From the NCBI GenBank assembly GCA_965248755.1, contig OZ252149.1:3072001-3136000 (forward strand): a stretch of 64,000 nt of DNA. The letters are read 5' to 3'. The notes under the pieces were generated by a model. That model did no database searches, was not told the origin of the DNA, and saw only the letters and a list, made by a program, of their open reading frames with translations. Position 1 is the first letter of the stretch. Every line of letters starts with the position of its first letter. Below are positions 41,990 to 51,833 of this stretch, piece by piece. Source of the stretch: Candidatus Latescibacterota bacterium (lineage in GTDB: Bacteria > Latescibacterota > CBDEFO01). The translations under genes were made by a program, and so were the position numbers.

Positions 41990-42763
41990 TTAAAACCTCT
42001 CAAAGTAGATAATTCTCAGCTCGCGGCTGGGTTCGTCACTTTTGGCTTTTGAAATGAGGTCTTTCACGTCGAACTCGAAGCTAAAATCTGAAGATATGTT
42101 CCATCTTGCGCCCGCGTTGAGGTAGCCTTCACCGGAGAAGAGATCATCTCTGTCGCTGTCATTGATCGCAAAATCGTACTCCACAAGGAGGGAAAGTTCC
42201 GAATTTATCCCTTTGTCCAATCCGATGTAACCTGAGATGTCGTCATTCTGGTCCTTATCCTCCAAAGTGCGATTTACTCCCCCGTGCAGACCCAATCTCC
42301 CAAAGGCTGTTGCAAAATTTCTGCTCAGGGCGGCATAGAAACCTTTTGACTTTATGTCGTATCTCTCATGTTCGTCATCGTAGCCTCCGAACCCTTGAGA
42401 TTCAAAGCCTATAACTAAAGCCGCAAAGCTTAACGATTCCTCAAAGAGCCTGTATTTTCCTCTAAATCCGACTTTTGGGTTCCAGTCTATATCCTGGCTC
42501 CCTATTATTCCCTCTCCTCCGAACGAAAAGCCCACTGAAAGCCTGTCCGCAAGGCCTACTCCGACAGCACCGAGTATGCCGCCTTTGTCGAACAGCCTGA
42601 GGTCTATGTCAAAACTGCCTTTTGGGAGCAATCCGGCTGTCGGGCTGTCTATGAGCCTTTCTATTTGAAGCGCTTGCTGACCTTCTGAAGGGGAATTTAG
42701 GATAGACAAAAAAAGAACCACCAAAATCAGCAGACAGTTGGCAGTAGACAATAGACGGGGCAT
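41990..42763 (-). CDS. Outer-membrane beta-barrel protein (YjbH-like)
   Basis: Signal peptide; LIDSPTAGLL; alternating beta-strands; GYLNAG; terminal Phe. Confidence 0.7.
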   Translation of the reverse strand: MPRLLSTANCLLILVVLFLSILNSPSEGQQALQIERLIDSPTAGLLPKGSFDIDLRLFDKGGILGAVGVGLADRLSVGFSFGGEGIIGSQDIDWNPKVGFRGKYRLFEESLSFAALVIGFESQGFGGYDDEHERYDIKSKGFYAALSRNFATAFGRLGLHGGVNRTLEDKDQNDDISGYIGLDKGINSELSLLVEYDFAINDSDRDDLFSGEGYLNAGARWNISSDFSFEFDVKDLISKAKSDEPSRELRIIYFERF

Positions 42764-42788
42764 CTCCTCTCTTTCGCCCTGTATGCTG

Positions 42789-43268
42789 TCATTTGTTTGC
42801 TGGCAACTTGCTTTGCTGTTTACATGTAATTGCGATTTCTCTTTCTTCATCGTCTCCGATTCGTATTTGTACTTCTACGCTGTCTTCGGGCATCAGGGCC
42901 TCTATCTTATCCGCCCATTCTATCAGACAGACGCCGTCTCCGTAGAAATACTCCTCATAGCCTAATTCTAAGATCTCCTCTGGGATTGTTAATCTGTAGA
43001 GGTCAAAGTGATAGATGGGGAATTTGGCTTCATATTGATTGATTATCACGAACGTTGGACTGGAAATTTGATCTTCTACGTCCAGCCCTCTGCAGACGCC
43101 CCTTACAAAGCAGGTCTTGCCTGTGCCGAGTTCCCCTACAAGGCCGACCACCGTCCCTGGTCTTAAGCCCTCTGCAAATTCTTCTCCGAACTTTTCTGTC
43201 TCCTGTTGGCTCGAGGTTACGACTCGACGTGATCGCATCGCCCGCAGCGAACGCTCCGTCTTTTCCAC
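42789..43268 (-). CDS. tsaE: tRNA threonylcarbamoyladenosine biosynthesis ATPase
   Basis: GELGTGKT, SSPTF, HFDLYRL, LIEWAD. Confidence 0.96.
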   Translation of the reverse strand: MEKTERSLRAMRSRRVVTSSQQETEKFGEEFAEGLRPGTVVGLVGELGTGKTCFVRGVCRGLDVEDQISSPTFVIINQYEAKFPIYHFDLYRLTIPEEILELGYEEYFYGDGVCLIEWADKIEALMPEDSVEVQIRIGDDEEREIAITCKQQSKLPANK

Positions 43269-43349
43269 CGTAATGGTTCCTTAGTTAAAGTGGTCAGCAA
43301 GGGTCTGTCCTGGCTACCGCCGATATATTCAATCGTAGGCTACTTCTAT

Positions 43350-44909
43350 TCACTTGGGATTCATCACCACTACGGGGAGGATCATCTCCTCTAATGATAT
43401 TCCTCCGTGCTGGAAGTTCCCTTTATAGTACCTTTCGTACTCTCTCAGCTTGGTGGGATAGACAAAGTAGTAGTCCTCTTTGGCTATTATGAAATTTGTC
43501 CTCATGCCGAGATAAGGGAGCTTATACTCCTCCATATCTTCGATGAAGAGGGCTTGTCTTTTGTCACATCGCAAGTTTTTGCCGTATTTATATCTTAGGC
43601 TTGTGGACGTGTGTCCGTCTCCGTAGACTAAAGCAGACCTTGTCCCTAAAATGCTTCCGTGGTCGGTGGTCAAAACTACCACGGCATCCAGTCGCGCAAT
43701 TTTCTTTAACATATCAAAAAGGGGCGAATGTATAAACCAGGACTTTGCAAGGGACCTTAAAGCCGCTTCGTCGGGAGCGATCTGTTGCAATATCTCTGAC
43801 TCGGACCTCCCGTGGATCAGAATGTCCAGGAAATTGTAAACGGCAGAAACCAAAGGGACATCCCTGAAGGAATTTATCTTCTTTGCCAGGTTATTCCCCG
43901 CAGCCGTATTCAGGACTTTGACGTATTTGGAGCCGGGTCGGAGATCTAGACCCATGTTCGAGAGTTGGGCGTCCAGGAATTGATGTTCGTGGCGATTTCT
44001 GCTGTAGTCGTCCTCTTTGCCTGCTCTCCAAAGCTCTGGATACTTATCTTCGATCTGGCTGGGGAAAAGACCGCTGAATATGGCGTTTCTGGAATAGGGC
44101 GTTGCAGTCGGCAAGATGGAATAATAGTAGCTTCTTTTGACGCTGTAAAGTTCCGACAAAATCGGTTCTATCGAGAGCCACTGATCCAATCTCAAACAGT
44201 CAACGACTATGAAAAAGACCTGTTTTCCCGCGGCAAGATATGGATATACAAACTCCGATATTACATCCACGGACAAAATAGGAGGATTGTCGTCTTGGAG
44301 CCAGTGTTTATATCTGCTTTCTACATATTTTCCAAACTCCATGTTGCACTTTCTCTTTTGGTCCTTGTGCAACTGCTTCAAGCCGCTGTCTTTGATATAC
44401 TCGATCTCTAAATCCCACTCTGTCAACTTGGAGTAGATTTCTATCCAATCCTCCCATTCCATTCTTTCCGACAGCGTCTTTTCTATCTGTCCGAACTCCC
44501 AGACATAGTCCTTTCCGGCTCTGTCCTTCCTTATTTGGCCTACCTCGAGGATGCGCTTGCAGGCCGAAAGGATCTGGCTGGGGTTTACGGGCTTTGTCAG
44601 GTAATCATCGATCCTCTTTCCGATGGCTTCGTCCATTAGAAGTTCCTCTTGGTTCTTTGTGATCATAACCACCGGAATGTTGGGGTCTATATCCTTAATA
44701 TCAGAGAGTGTGGAGAGTCCGTCTTTCCCGGGCATCATCTCGTCTAAGAGCACAATATCGAAAGGCTCCTTTTGGACCATAGAGATAGCATCTTCGCCGT
44801 TGGCCACAGGTGTCACTTCGTAGCCCCTTTGACCCAAGAAGATGATATGCGATCTCAGAAGGTCTATCTCATCGTCGGCCCAAAGGATTTTTCGCTTGTC
44901 AAGATTCAT
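43350..44909 (-). CDS. porX: PorX-like response regulator with a PglZ/alkaline-phosphatase domain
   Basis: ILWADDEIDLL; LPTATPYSRNAIFSG; TTDHG; RYKYGKNL; FQHGGISLEEM; adjacent to tsaE. Confidence 0.88.
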   Translation of the reverse strand: MNLDKRKILWADDEIDLLRSHIIFLGQRGYEVTPVANGEDAISMVQKEPFDIVLLDEMMPGKDGLSTLSDIKDIDPNIPVVMITKNQEELLMDEAIGKRIDDYLTKPVNPSQILSACKRILEVGQIRKDRAGKDYVWEFGQIEKTLSERMEWEDWIEIYSKLTEWDLEIEYIKDSGLKQLHKDQKRKCNMEFGKYVESRYKHWLQDDNPPILSVDVISEFVYPYLAAGKQVFFIVVDCLRLDQWLSIEPILSELYSVKRSYYYSILPTATPYSRNAIFSGLFPSQIEDKYPELWRAGKEDDYSRNRHEHQFLDAQLSNMGLDLRPGSKYVKVLNTAAGNNLAKKINSFRDVPLVSAVYNFLDILIHGRSESEILQQIAPDEAALRSLAKSWFIHSPLFDMLKKIARLDAVVVLTTDHGSILGTRSALVYGDGHTSTSLRYKYGKNLRCDKRQALFIEDMEEYKLPYLGMRTNFIIAKEDYYFVYPTKLREYERYYKGNFQHGGISLEEMILPVVVMNPK

Positions 44910-44912
44910 AGT

Positions 44913-46355
44913 CTATTCCCTTACAGTCTGGAGTCTACGGTCGTCCCTCTGTCGGATTTTTTGGGCCCCATTCATTGCTTCTAAAGAGCCCCCTTTGTCG
45001 TAATCACCGACAGGCAGCATAACCCGCACTGTCGTTCCCAGGCCCGGAGCGCTTTCTTTTATGAAGATCTTGCCTTTGTGATAATCCTCGACTATCCTTT
45101 TGACAAACGTCATTCCCAGGCCCCATCCTCTGCCTTTAGTGCTGTAGCCGGGCAGGAAGATTTTCTTTTGATCCGGAACGTTTATTCCCCTTCCGTTGTC
45201 TTGGATATCTATTTGGATCCACATTCCGCCTTCTTTAAAGTATGTCCTTATCTCTATTTTTCCATTTGCATTATCTATTGCGTCCATGGAGTTTTTGATC
45301 AGGTTCTCAAAGACCCAGCCTAAAAGTTGACCATTTATTATAACTTCAGGGACACCCCCGAAGTTTTCCACTATCTCCACTTTTCTTCCGATCTGCGGCA
45401 GACGGTGTTGGAAATAGGATATAGTCTCACAGATCACGTCTTCCACATTCCCACTCTTCAACTCGGGAACTGAGCCTATCTGGCCGAATCTGGAGGCGAC
45501 TTTATTGAGCCTCTTTAAATCGTCCTCCATTTCAGCTATTTTGCTTTCGAGACTGCGGGAGTTGTCTCTCTTTTCCCTGCCTGTGTACTCGTGCAGTTCG
45601 GATTTCATCAATTCCAGCCACCCTGAAAGTGATGAAAGCGGTGTACCTAACTGATGCGCTGTCTCCTTTGCCATGCCCGTCCATATATACCTTTGCTCAC
45701 TGTTTTTGATGTTATGAAAGCCTATGAACCCTATCACTATGAACAAAAATATGGCGGCTATCTCCAAGAAGGGGACCCACCAGAGCCTGTTGACCGCAGG
45801 GGGATCGCCGTAGTGAATTGTCAGATATTTGCCTGGAACCGGCTCGAACGTAATCGGCTCATTTATCTTGTCCATAGCTTGGGCTATCTTTAAAAGCTGA
45901 GGCCTGATATTTTTTATGTACTCGACCAGCTTAATGTTATTCTTGAGCTTATAGGGTATGCCCGGTATCTTGCTCCAGGATTCTATCACTTTCACTTTCC
46001 CGAGATCCATAGTCGTTATCAAAGGGAAATCAAATTTGTCGATCAGATTAAAGATAGCAGATAAAGCCGCATCTTCCGCTTGTGCGGAATCCGAGGCCCC
46101 AACAGTTGAAAGCAAGGTCACGTGAGATTTGACAGTCTCCCTGGCATTTACCCTCAGTTCATTGATAACCCATCTGGTATGGACCAAAAAAAGCAGGATA
46201 ATAGCGACTCCTATCACGAAAAGATAGGTTCTAAAGATTGAGGGTGTTACCTCAAATAAGAACTTTTCCGACTTGAGTTTCGATTTCAACTTCCCCCAAA
46301 TGCCGGGGTTCTCTTTATTCCTTTGAATCACCTTTCTCACCTCTTTTATAAGCAA
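44913..46355 (-). CDS. Membrane sensor histidine kinase
   Basis: Two TM segments; H-box GMAKETAHQLGTP; ENLIKNSMDA; DNGRG; GWGLG. Start uncertain. Confidence 0.92.
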   Translation of the reverse strand: MLIKEVRKVIQRNKENPGIWGKLKSKLKSEKFLFEVTPSIFRTYLFVIGVAIILLFLVHTRWVINELRVNARETVKSHVTLLSTVGASDSAQAEDAALSAIFNLIDKFDFPLITTMDLGKVKVIESWSKIPGIPYKLKNNIKLVEYIKNIRPQLLKIAQAMDKINEPITFEPVPGKYLTIHYGDPPAVNRLWWVPFLEIAAIFLFIVIGFIGFHNIKNSEQRYIWTGMAKETAHQLGTPLSSLSGWLELMKSELHEYTGREKRDNSRSLESKIAEMEDDLKRLNKVASRFGQIGSVPELKSGNVEDVICETISYFQHRLPQIGRKVEIVENFGGVPEVIINGQLLGWVFENLIKNSMDAIDNANGKIEIRTYFKEGGMWIQIDIQDNGRGINVPDQKKIFLPGYSTKGRGWGLGMTFVKRIVEDYHKGKIFIKESAPGLGTTVRVMLPVGDYDKGGSLEAMNGAQKIRQRDDRRLQTVRE

Positions 46356-46359
46356 ACAG

Positions 46360-46434
46360 GTAGGTCAGACATTCCTGTCTGACACTGGGAGTGAGCTGCT
46401 CTGTCTACTGGACAGACAAGAATGTCTGTTCTAC
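46360..46434. repeat. REP-like inverted pair (GTAG family)
   Basis: gtaggtcagacattcctgtctgac ... ggacagacaagaatgtctgttctac. Confidence 0.7.
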
Positions 46435-47711
46435 TAACTCTCTACTATCCTTTCCAGTCCTCCCATATAGTCCCTGAGCACGTCCGGTATCACTATTGAA
46501 CCGTCCTTTTGCTGATAGTTTTCCATAATTGCTATGACCGTTCTTGGGAGGGCAAGTCCGGAGCCGTTGAGTGTGTGGACGAATTCCACCTTTGCTCCGT
46601 CCTCGCGTCTGAATCTGATGTTAGCTCTCCTTGCCTGAAAGTCAGTGAAGGTACTGCAGGAGGACACCTCAAGAAATCTCTTAACACCTGAGGCCCACAC
46701 TTCGATGTCGTAGCACTTGTACGCCGCAAAGCTTAAGTCCCCTGTTGAAAGTTCTACCACCCTATAGGGGAGTCTAAGAAGCTGCAGCACTTCCTCTGCA
46801 TTCCCAAGAAGGCTTTCTAACTCATTCGGGGACTCCTCAGGCAACACGAATTTGACCATCTCCACCTTGTCGAATTGGTGGACCCTAATTAGGCCCCTTG
46901 TGTCCTTGCCATAGGAACCGGCTTCCCTCCGGAAGCAGGCAGTGTAGGACGTCAGATAGATAGGCAAATCTTCGCCTTTTAGTATTTCATCTTTGTAGAT
47001 GTTCGTAACGGGGACTTCGGCTGTCGGAATCAAGAAGAGGTCGTCCTCTTCACAAAGATACATATCCTCCTCCAGCTTGGGGAGCTGTCCTGTGCCGGTC
47101 ATAGCCTCCCTGTTGACCATAAAGGGCGGAAAGACCTCAGTGTAGCCGTGCTTTTCGATGTGGAGATCTATCATGAAGGCCACCAGAGCCCTCTGGAGTT
47201 TGGCTCCTACGCCCATGAACATGGCAAATCCTGAGCCTGCTATCTTCGAAGCCCTTGCCATATCGAGTATTTGGAGCCTTTCGCCGATATCCCAGTGCGG
47301 AAGCGGAACAAAGTCGAAAGTTGGTTTTTCACCCCAGTTTTTGATCACCACGTTGGAGGACTCATCTGATCCCACAGGTGCAGATGAGTCGGGGATATTC
47401 GGCACCCACATCAGCAGTTTCTGAAGCTGTGAATTTATAACCCTTATCTTATCGTCGAACTTCTTTACTGTGTCGGAGACCTTCTTCATCTCCTCTACTA
47501 TCAAAGAGGCGTCCTGCCCTTCCTTTTTAAGTTTTCCGATCTCTTTGGAGACCTTGTTCCTTTTGCCCTTAAGATCATCTACCTGACTTGACAGACTCCT
47601 TTTCTCTTCATCAAGTTCCAAGATCCTGTCTATATCGACAGACTCGCCTTTATTACGAGCACCTTTCTTGACAATATCCGCATTTTCCCTTATGAACCTC
47701 AAGTCCAGCAT
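46434..47711 (-). CDS. serS: Serine--tRNA ligase
   Basis: LIPTAEVP, CFRREAGSYG, RVHQFDKVE, EVSSCS, HTLNGSGLA. Confidence 0.98.
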   Translation of the reverse strand: MLDLRFIRENADIVKKGARNKGESVDIDRILELDEEKRSLSSQVDDLKGKRNKVSKEIGKLKKEGQDASLIVEEMKKVSDTVKKFDDKIRVINSQLQKLLMWVPNIPDSSAPVGSDESSNVVIKNWGEKPTFDFVPLPHWDIGERLQILDMARASKIAGSGFAMFMGVGAKLQRALVAFMIDLHIEKHGYTEVFPPFMVNREAMTGTGQLPKLEEDMYLCEEDDLFLIPTAEVPVTNIYKDEILKGEDLPIYLTSYTACFRREAGSYGKDTRGLIRVHQFDKVEMVKFVLPEESPNELESLLGNAEEVLQLLRLPYRVVELSTGDLSFAAYKCYDIEVWASGVKRFLEVSSCSTFTDFQARRANIRFRREDGAKVEFVHTLNGSGLALPRTVIAIMENYQQKDGSIVIPDVLRDYMGGLERIVES

Positions 47712-47841
47712 TATGCCGTCCCCGTGGATATCTGAATTTGCAAAAGTGCAACCATTTAAAGTACCTTAACTGATAAAATATAATGAACTGTAAACAGAAA
47801 ACCAAATTTTTTCGTCAAAGTCGGTAAAATACAAAAATATC

Positions 47842-47894
47842 TTGACAAGTTGGAACTTAAATCCTATAGTTTCGTTATACCCTATAGGGGTATA
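47842..47894 (+). promoter_or_regulatory. Sigma70 promoter with a CsoR-type operator
   Basis: TTGACA (47842)-17 nt-TATAGT (47865), then TATACCCTATAGGGGTATA (47876-47894), a C-tract/G-tract palindrome typical of CsoR sites. Confidence 0.85.
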
Positions 47895-47935
47895 TTAAAT
47901 GATGTCGGTAGCCGAGCAGAAAGGAGAAGAGGAAA

Positions 47936-48250
47936 ATGGTACAGACAGAGGGCATCTGCATAGACCAGGACGTCTACCTAACTCCTGATGTCGAAAAGGA
48001 TCTATCAGATCGTCTCAGCCGAATCGAGGGACAGGTCAGAGGACTTAAAAAGATGCTTCTTGAGCATAAGGACTGTGAAAGCCTCCTGATCCAGGCAGCG
48101 GCCATTAAGGGAGCGATCACTGAGGTAACGATTAAGCTTCTGGAAGGACATATGGAGACGTGCGTGGCGGACTGTATGGAACGGGGACAGGGCGTCGAAG
48201 CGTTGCAGAAGCTGAAAGGGGCATTGGAAAAAGTGCTCAGAAAGTCATAA
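47936..48250 (+). CDS. csoR: CsoR/RcnR-family metal-sensing repressor
   Basis: RLSRIEGQVRG; Cys-His-Cys ligands (KDC...GHMETC). Confidence 0.88.
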   Translation: MVQTEGICIDQDVYLTPDVEKDLSDRLSRIEGQVRGLKKMLLEHKDCESLLIQAAAIKGAITEVTIKLLEGHMETCVADCMERGQGVEALQKLKGALEKVLRKS

Positions 48251-48280
48251 ACTTTATCTTAAAGTAGAAAGCAGATAGAT

Positions 48281-48865
48281 ATGGAAAAGCAATCATTATC
48301 AACTGTGGGTGCACTGACTGCGGGATTAGGTGCCTCGCTGTGCTGTATCGGGCCAGTTGTGTTAGCCCTGTTGGGGCTTGGAGGCGCTGGACTGTTGGTC
48401 AGTCTCGAATCGTATCGTCCATATCTTCTTGCGATAACAACAGTTCTGTTGGGACTCGGCTTTTACCTTAATTACCGTAGTCCGAAAGAGGACTGCCAAG
48501 AGGGGGAAGTCTGCGCTCAGCCATCAGGAAAAAAGGCGGGAAAGATTGCCCTGTGGATCGCCACAGCGGCCGTGATTCTCTTTGTGGCGTTCCCGTTTCT
48601 GCCGTTTGCAACGACAACTCAGGCGACAGTGGACGAAGGGAAATCGACCGTGATATTAGATGTGCAGGGCATGACCTGTGATGCCTGCGGCGTGGCGATC
48701 AAGGTCGCACTTTCAAAGTTGGACGGCGTCAAGAGTGCAGAGGTGGATTTTGACAAAAAGGCTGCTGAAGTTGCCTACGAAGAGGAGATGGTCACAGCTG
48801 GGGAAATGATCGCCGCTATCCGACAGTTAGGTTATGGAGCAAGTCTTTCCGAACGAAAGAATTGA
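48281..48865 (+). CDS. MerT-family transporter fused to a C-terminal HMA (MerP/CopZ-like) domain
   Basis: ASLCCIGP, YRPY, loop C..C, GMTCDAC. Confidence 0.88.
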   Translation: MEKQSLSTVGALTAGLGASLCCIGPVVLALLGLGGAGLLVSLESYRPYLLAITTVLLGLGFYLNYRSPKEDCQEGEVCAQPSGKKAGKIALWIATAAVILFVAFPFLPFATTTQATVDEGKSTVILDVQGMTCDACGVAIKVALSKLDGVKSAEVDFDKKAAEVAYEEEMVTAGEMIAAIRQLGYGASLSERKN

Positions 48866-48905
48866 GGGCACTTAGGTGATCGACTTCTATTGAGGAGACA
48901 GAAAA

Positions 48906-49433
48906 GTGTCTGACTGTTGCGAAATAGATAGATCAGAGACCGTATCTGTATCAGACTGCCCCGAATGCGGAAACAAAGGAAAGAAAGTAGGGGAAATCAC
49001 ACTGCTGCAGCTCTTGACAGATGAGAGCATCCCCTTGATTCAGGATGTTCAATATTACTTCTGCCAAACTCCGCGCTGCGAGGTAGTCTATTTCTCAAAC
49101 GATGCCTGCCAACGTTTCCAGAAATCAGACATACGGGTTCGCGTAGGAGTAAAGGAGACCGAAGATCCGATTCCTGTGTGCTACTGCTTCAATTTCACAG
49201 AGAAGATGATCTCTGATGAGATCGCCCTGCATCAGAAGACGACAATCCGCAACAGGATCAGGGCTGAAGTAACGGCTGGCAACTGCGAATGTGAGATAAA
49301 AAATCCCGAAGGCAGTTGTTGCTTAGGTGATGTGGGTGGGGTTGTTAAAAAGGCGACAAAACTGCATAAAGCTGTCGCAGAACATACCGCTCCCCTTGAC
49401 AGGGCGACAAATATTTTGCAAATTGGGGTTTGA
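48906..49433 (+). CDS. Cys-rich metallochaperone with CopZ-type zinc-binding and BFD-like domains; C-terminus extended by the IS
   Basis: CPECG, FCQTPRCEVVYF, VCYCF, CECEIKNPEGSCC. Confidence 0.8.
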   Translation: MSDCCEIDRSETVSVSDCPECGNKGKKVGEITLLQLLTDESIPLIQDVQYYFCQTPRCEVVYFSNDACQRFQKSDIRVRVGVKETEDPIPVCYCFNFTEKMISDEIALHQKTTIRNRIRAEVTAGNCECEIKNPEGSCCLGDVGGVVKKATKLHKAVAEHTAPLDRATNILQIGV

Positions 49434-50670
49434 GAAAGGAGGTCAAGGTGTCAAGCCCCGAAGTGAAAGATGGTAAGCGCTGGACGGCGACCCGTAAGGT
49501 AGAGGTGGTGTTGGCTGTTTTGAAAGGAGCGAATGTATCAGAGGTGTGTTGGAAGAATGGAATTAGCCAGTCACAGGCGTATGCTTGGCGTGATAGTTTC
49601 TTGGAAGGAGGCCAGGAGAGTCTGAAGTCTCGGCGTGGTCGCAAGGATGCGAAGGAGCGGGAGGTCAGCCGGTTGGAGCGTAAGGTAGGGCACTTAACCC
49701 TCCAGTTGGAGATACTCGAGGAGGTAGCCCGTCTAAAAAAAACGAAGCGGTTGCCTTGAGTGAGCGGTTTTTGGGTCGAGGCTATTCCCGGAAGGTGGTA
49801 GCTTTGGCTTTGGGTTTGCATCGTTCGACTCTGTGTAGGCTTAGGTATAGAGGTGTCAGTTCTTCTGTCGAAGAGTCTGTGATAGATGAACAGCTTGCTT
49901 TTCGTATTCGAGGGATACTCGACCAAGAAGAGGCATTTGGTCACAGGCGGGTTTGGGCGCATCTTCGTTTCAAGGAAGGGGCATATGTCAACATCAAGAA
50001 GGTTCATAGGATAATGAAGCTTAAGGGGTGGCAGTGTAAGCTGTGGAATCCCCGATAGAATCAATCGGGGACCCCGGGAGAAAGGGGCCACAGGTTGCCC
50101 AGAAGCGTTCTGTGATGGATCGTCCTGACAGTCTCTGGTCGGCTGACTTGACCAAGATCTATTGTGGGGAAGATGGTTGGTGTCCTCTTATTGCGGTGGT
50201 GGACAACGGGAGTCGGGAGGTTCCCCGGGTATCGTTTTAGTCGAAAAGGGAGGGCACTGGAGGCCACAGATGCCCTGGATCGGGCCGTGATCTCTCGATA
50301 CACTTCCTAAGGAGGCTGTCCCCCAGGGTCTCACTTTGCGCTCTGACAACGGCTCCATCTTTTTGTCTCGGACCTATTTGGCAAGTACCGAATATTGGGA
50401 CATTCGTCAAGAATATATTCCGAGCGGAAAGGCCGATTGGAACGGGGTCATAGAACGTTTTTTCAGGACCCTCAAGCAGGAGTGTGTGTGGCTTCACAAT
50501 TTCAAGTCCTTTGAACAAGCTGAGAAGATCATATCTCAGTGGATCGATAATTACAACAAGAACTGGCTTCATTCATCTCTGGGATACAAGACCCCGGAAG
50601 AGTGGAGAAAACAATTTTATCTGCTACCCCAAGTTGCTTAATTGATGTCGCTTTTCTGGGGGGCAGTACA
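49383..50670 (+). mobile_element. IS3-family element, full length, with orfB inactivated
   Basis: orfA HTH 49430-49759; A-run at the orfA/B junction; DDE fragments WSADLT, VVD, RSDNGS, IERFFRTLKQE; imperfect terminal IRs; AGAA direct repeat at 49379-82 and 50671-74. Confidence 0.92.
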
Positions 50671-50738
50671 AGAATAGGGAGCGTTTATAATCTCTCAGCT
50701 TATCTCTAACAAGGGGATTTTCAAAGAGATATTATGTC

Positions 50739-50882
50739 TAACCCCAATAATTCACAAAAAAAGGCCGTATATTAATTAAGGGATTGTACTATATTATAGT
50801 TATGCTGTTTAACCACCTTCGGAGTCATTGCTTCGCCTTCGGCTCGCAATGACCCCCCAAAGTTTATGAATTAATCGGGTTA
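50739..50882 (-). mobile_element. MITE copy D (internally deleted)
   Basis: ta-accccaataa...ttaatcgggt-ta ends; central part of the palindromic repeat is missing. Confidence 0.85.
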
Positions 50883-50950
50883 GTAGAAAACTTTCAGATA
50901 GCAAAAAAATAAAGTCAGTTCAATATGACGGCATACTAAAAGCACAATGA

Positions 50951-50988
50951 AAAAGCCCTGGGGAATAACATCTCCAGGGCCTTTTTTC
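50951..50988. terminator. Bidirectional intrinsic terminator
   Basis: aaaagccctgggga...tctccagggccttttttc. Confidence 0.7.
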
Positions 50989-51080
50989 TACAAGAATCGT
51001 CAAGCAGTCATCGCGAGTCGATGCGCGAGCTACAAATATACAGGTGACATCGACGGTTTATGGCTGAATGCGTGGCTCTA

Positions 51081-51524
51081 CTACGCGCTGGTCAGGGCCG
51101 CGTGGAACTCGGTCCAGTCATCTTGATTGTTCAGACGAACCGCATCCTTGATCGACCCGTCGTCCTCAACTCCAGCCGCCGACAGAATCTCTCCCCGCGT
51201 CTCATCTGCGTGGTTATAGCCCGTGATGGCGGCGTTCAGCGCATCTATTTCGCTCGCATCGATGCTGCCGCCGCTCTGCTCCACGACCCATTGTTCGAAC
51301 TTCGGGTAAGTAGGAAGATTATCCTTAAGATAATTCAGAGTCGTCTCACGGTCCAGTTTCAGCCCGTCCAGGACCATCTGATCGAACCCCATCCCGCACT
51401 CGTCGTAGCCCTCGGCCAGCTGGCCTTTAGCGCTTAAAAGCGTCTTCAACCACAATCGGGGCAGGTGAACTACACCTAACGGACCTGCAACACCAGAGCC
51501 TATTAAAGGGACAACACTTGCCAT
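51081..51524 (-). CDS. DUF5069-like small protein
   Basis: GPLGVVHLPRLWLK and GFDQMVL motifs; AAGGAGG RBS. Confidence 0.7.
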   Translation of the reverse strand: MASVVPLIGSGVAGPLGVVHLPRLWLKTLLSAKGQLAEGYDECGMGFDQMVLDGLKLDRETTLNYLKDNLPTYPKFEQWVVEQSGGSIDASEIDALNAAITGYNHADETRGEILSAAGVEDDGSIKDAVRLNNQDDWTEFHAALTSA

Positions 51525-51686
51525 CTATTTCCTCCTTTATTTGTAAGGTTGGCAATTGACTTAGAAGCTGCATTTATTCAAATGCCGCTTATCAGCTATT
51601 TTCGCTTGATATTTAAGCCGTCTTTCATCGGCTTCCTCTCAATCTGGAAGCACAGATAAGCAATAATACGAATTGAGGGTCTGTAA

Positions 51687-51730
51687 TGTGATAGAGATTA
51701 CAAAATAATAAAAGAGGAAACAGATGTCAA
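51687..51730 (-). promoter_or_regulatory. Promoter with a CRP/FNR-like palindrome next to the -10 box
   Basis: TTGACA-17-TATTTT on the minus strand; TGTGA-N6-TTACA at 51687-51702. Confidence 0.55.
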
Positions 51731-51833
51731 CAAAAATTTCGTCGTTTAGATTCAAGGAAGTGTCAGCTAACAGAAGATTCAAAGGCATTGGAAACTAAGC
51801 TCGACTCTCTGTATCACCTTCCTTTTGTAATGC

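Noticed and set aside
41520..41990. 470-bp intergenic region as a possible riboswitch upstream of hupE/ureJ
   Set aside because: I could not recognise cobalamin or NiCo riboswitch motifs by eye; an Rfam scan is needed to exclude one.
43350..44909. BREX defence system suggested by the PglZ domain
   Set aside because: The PglZ domain is fused to a receiver domain in the PorX/tsaE context and no other brx genes are present.
49345..50091. 248-aa minus-strand ORF
   Set aside because: Antisense to IS3 orfA/orfB.
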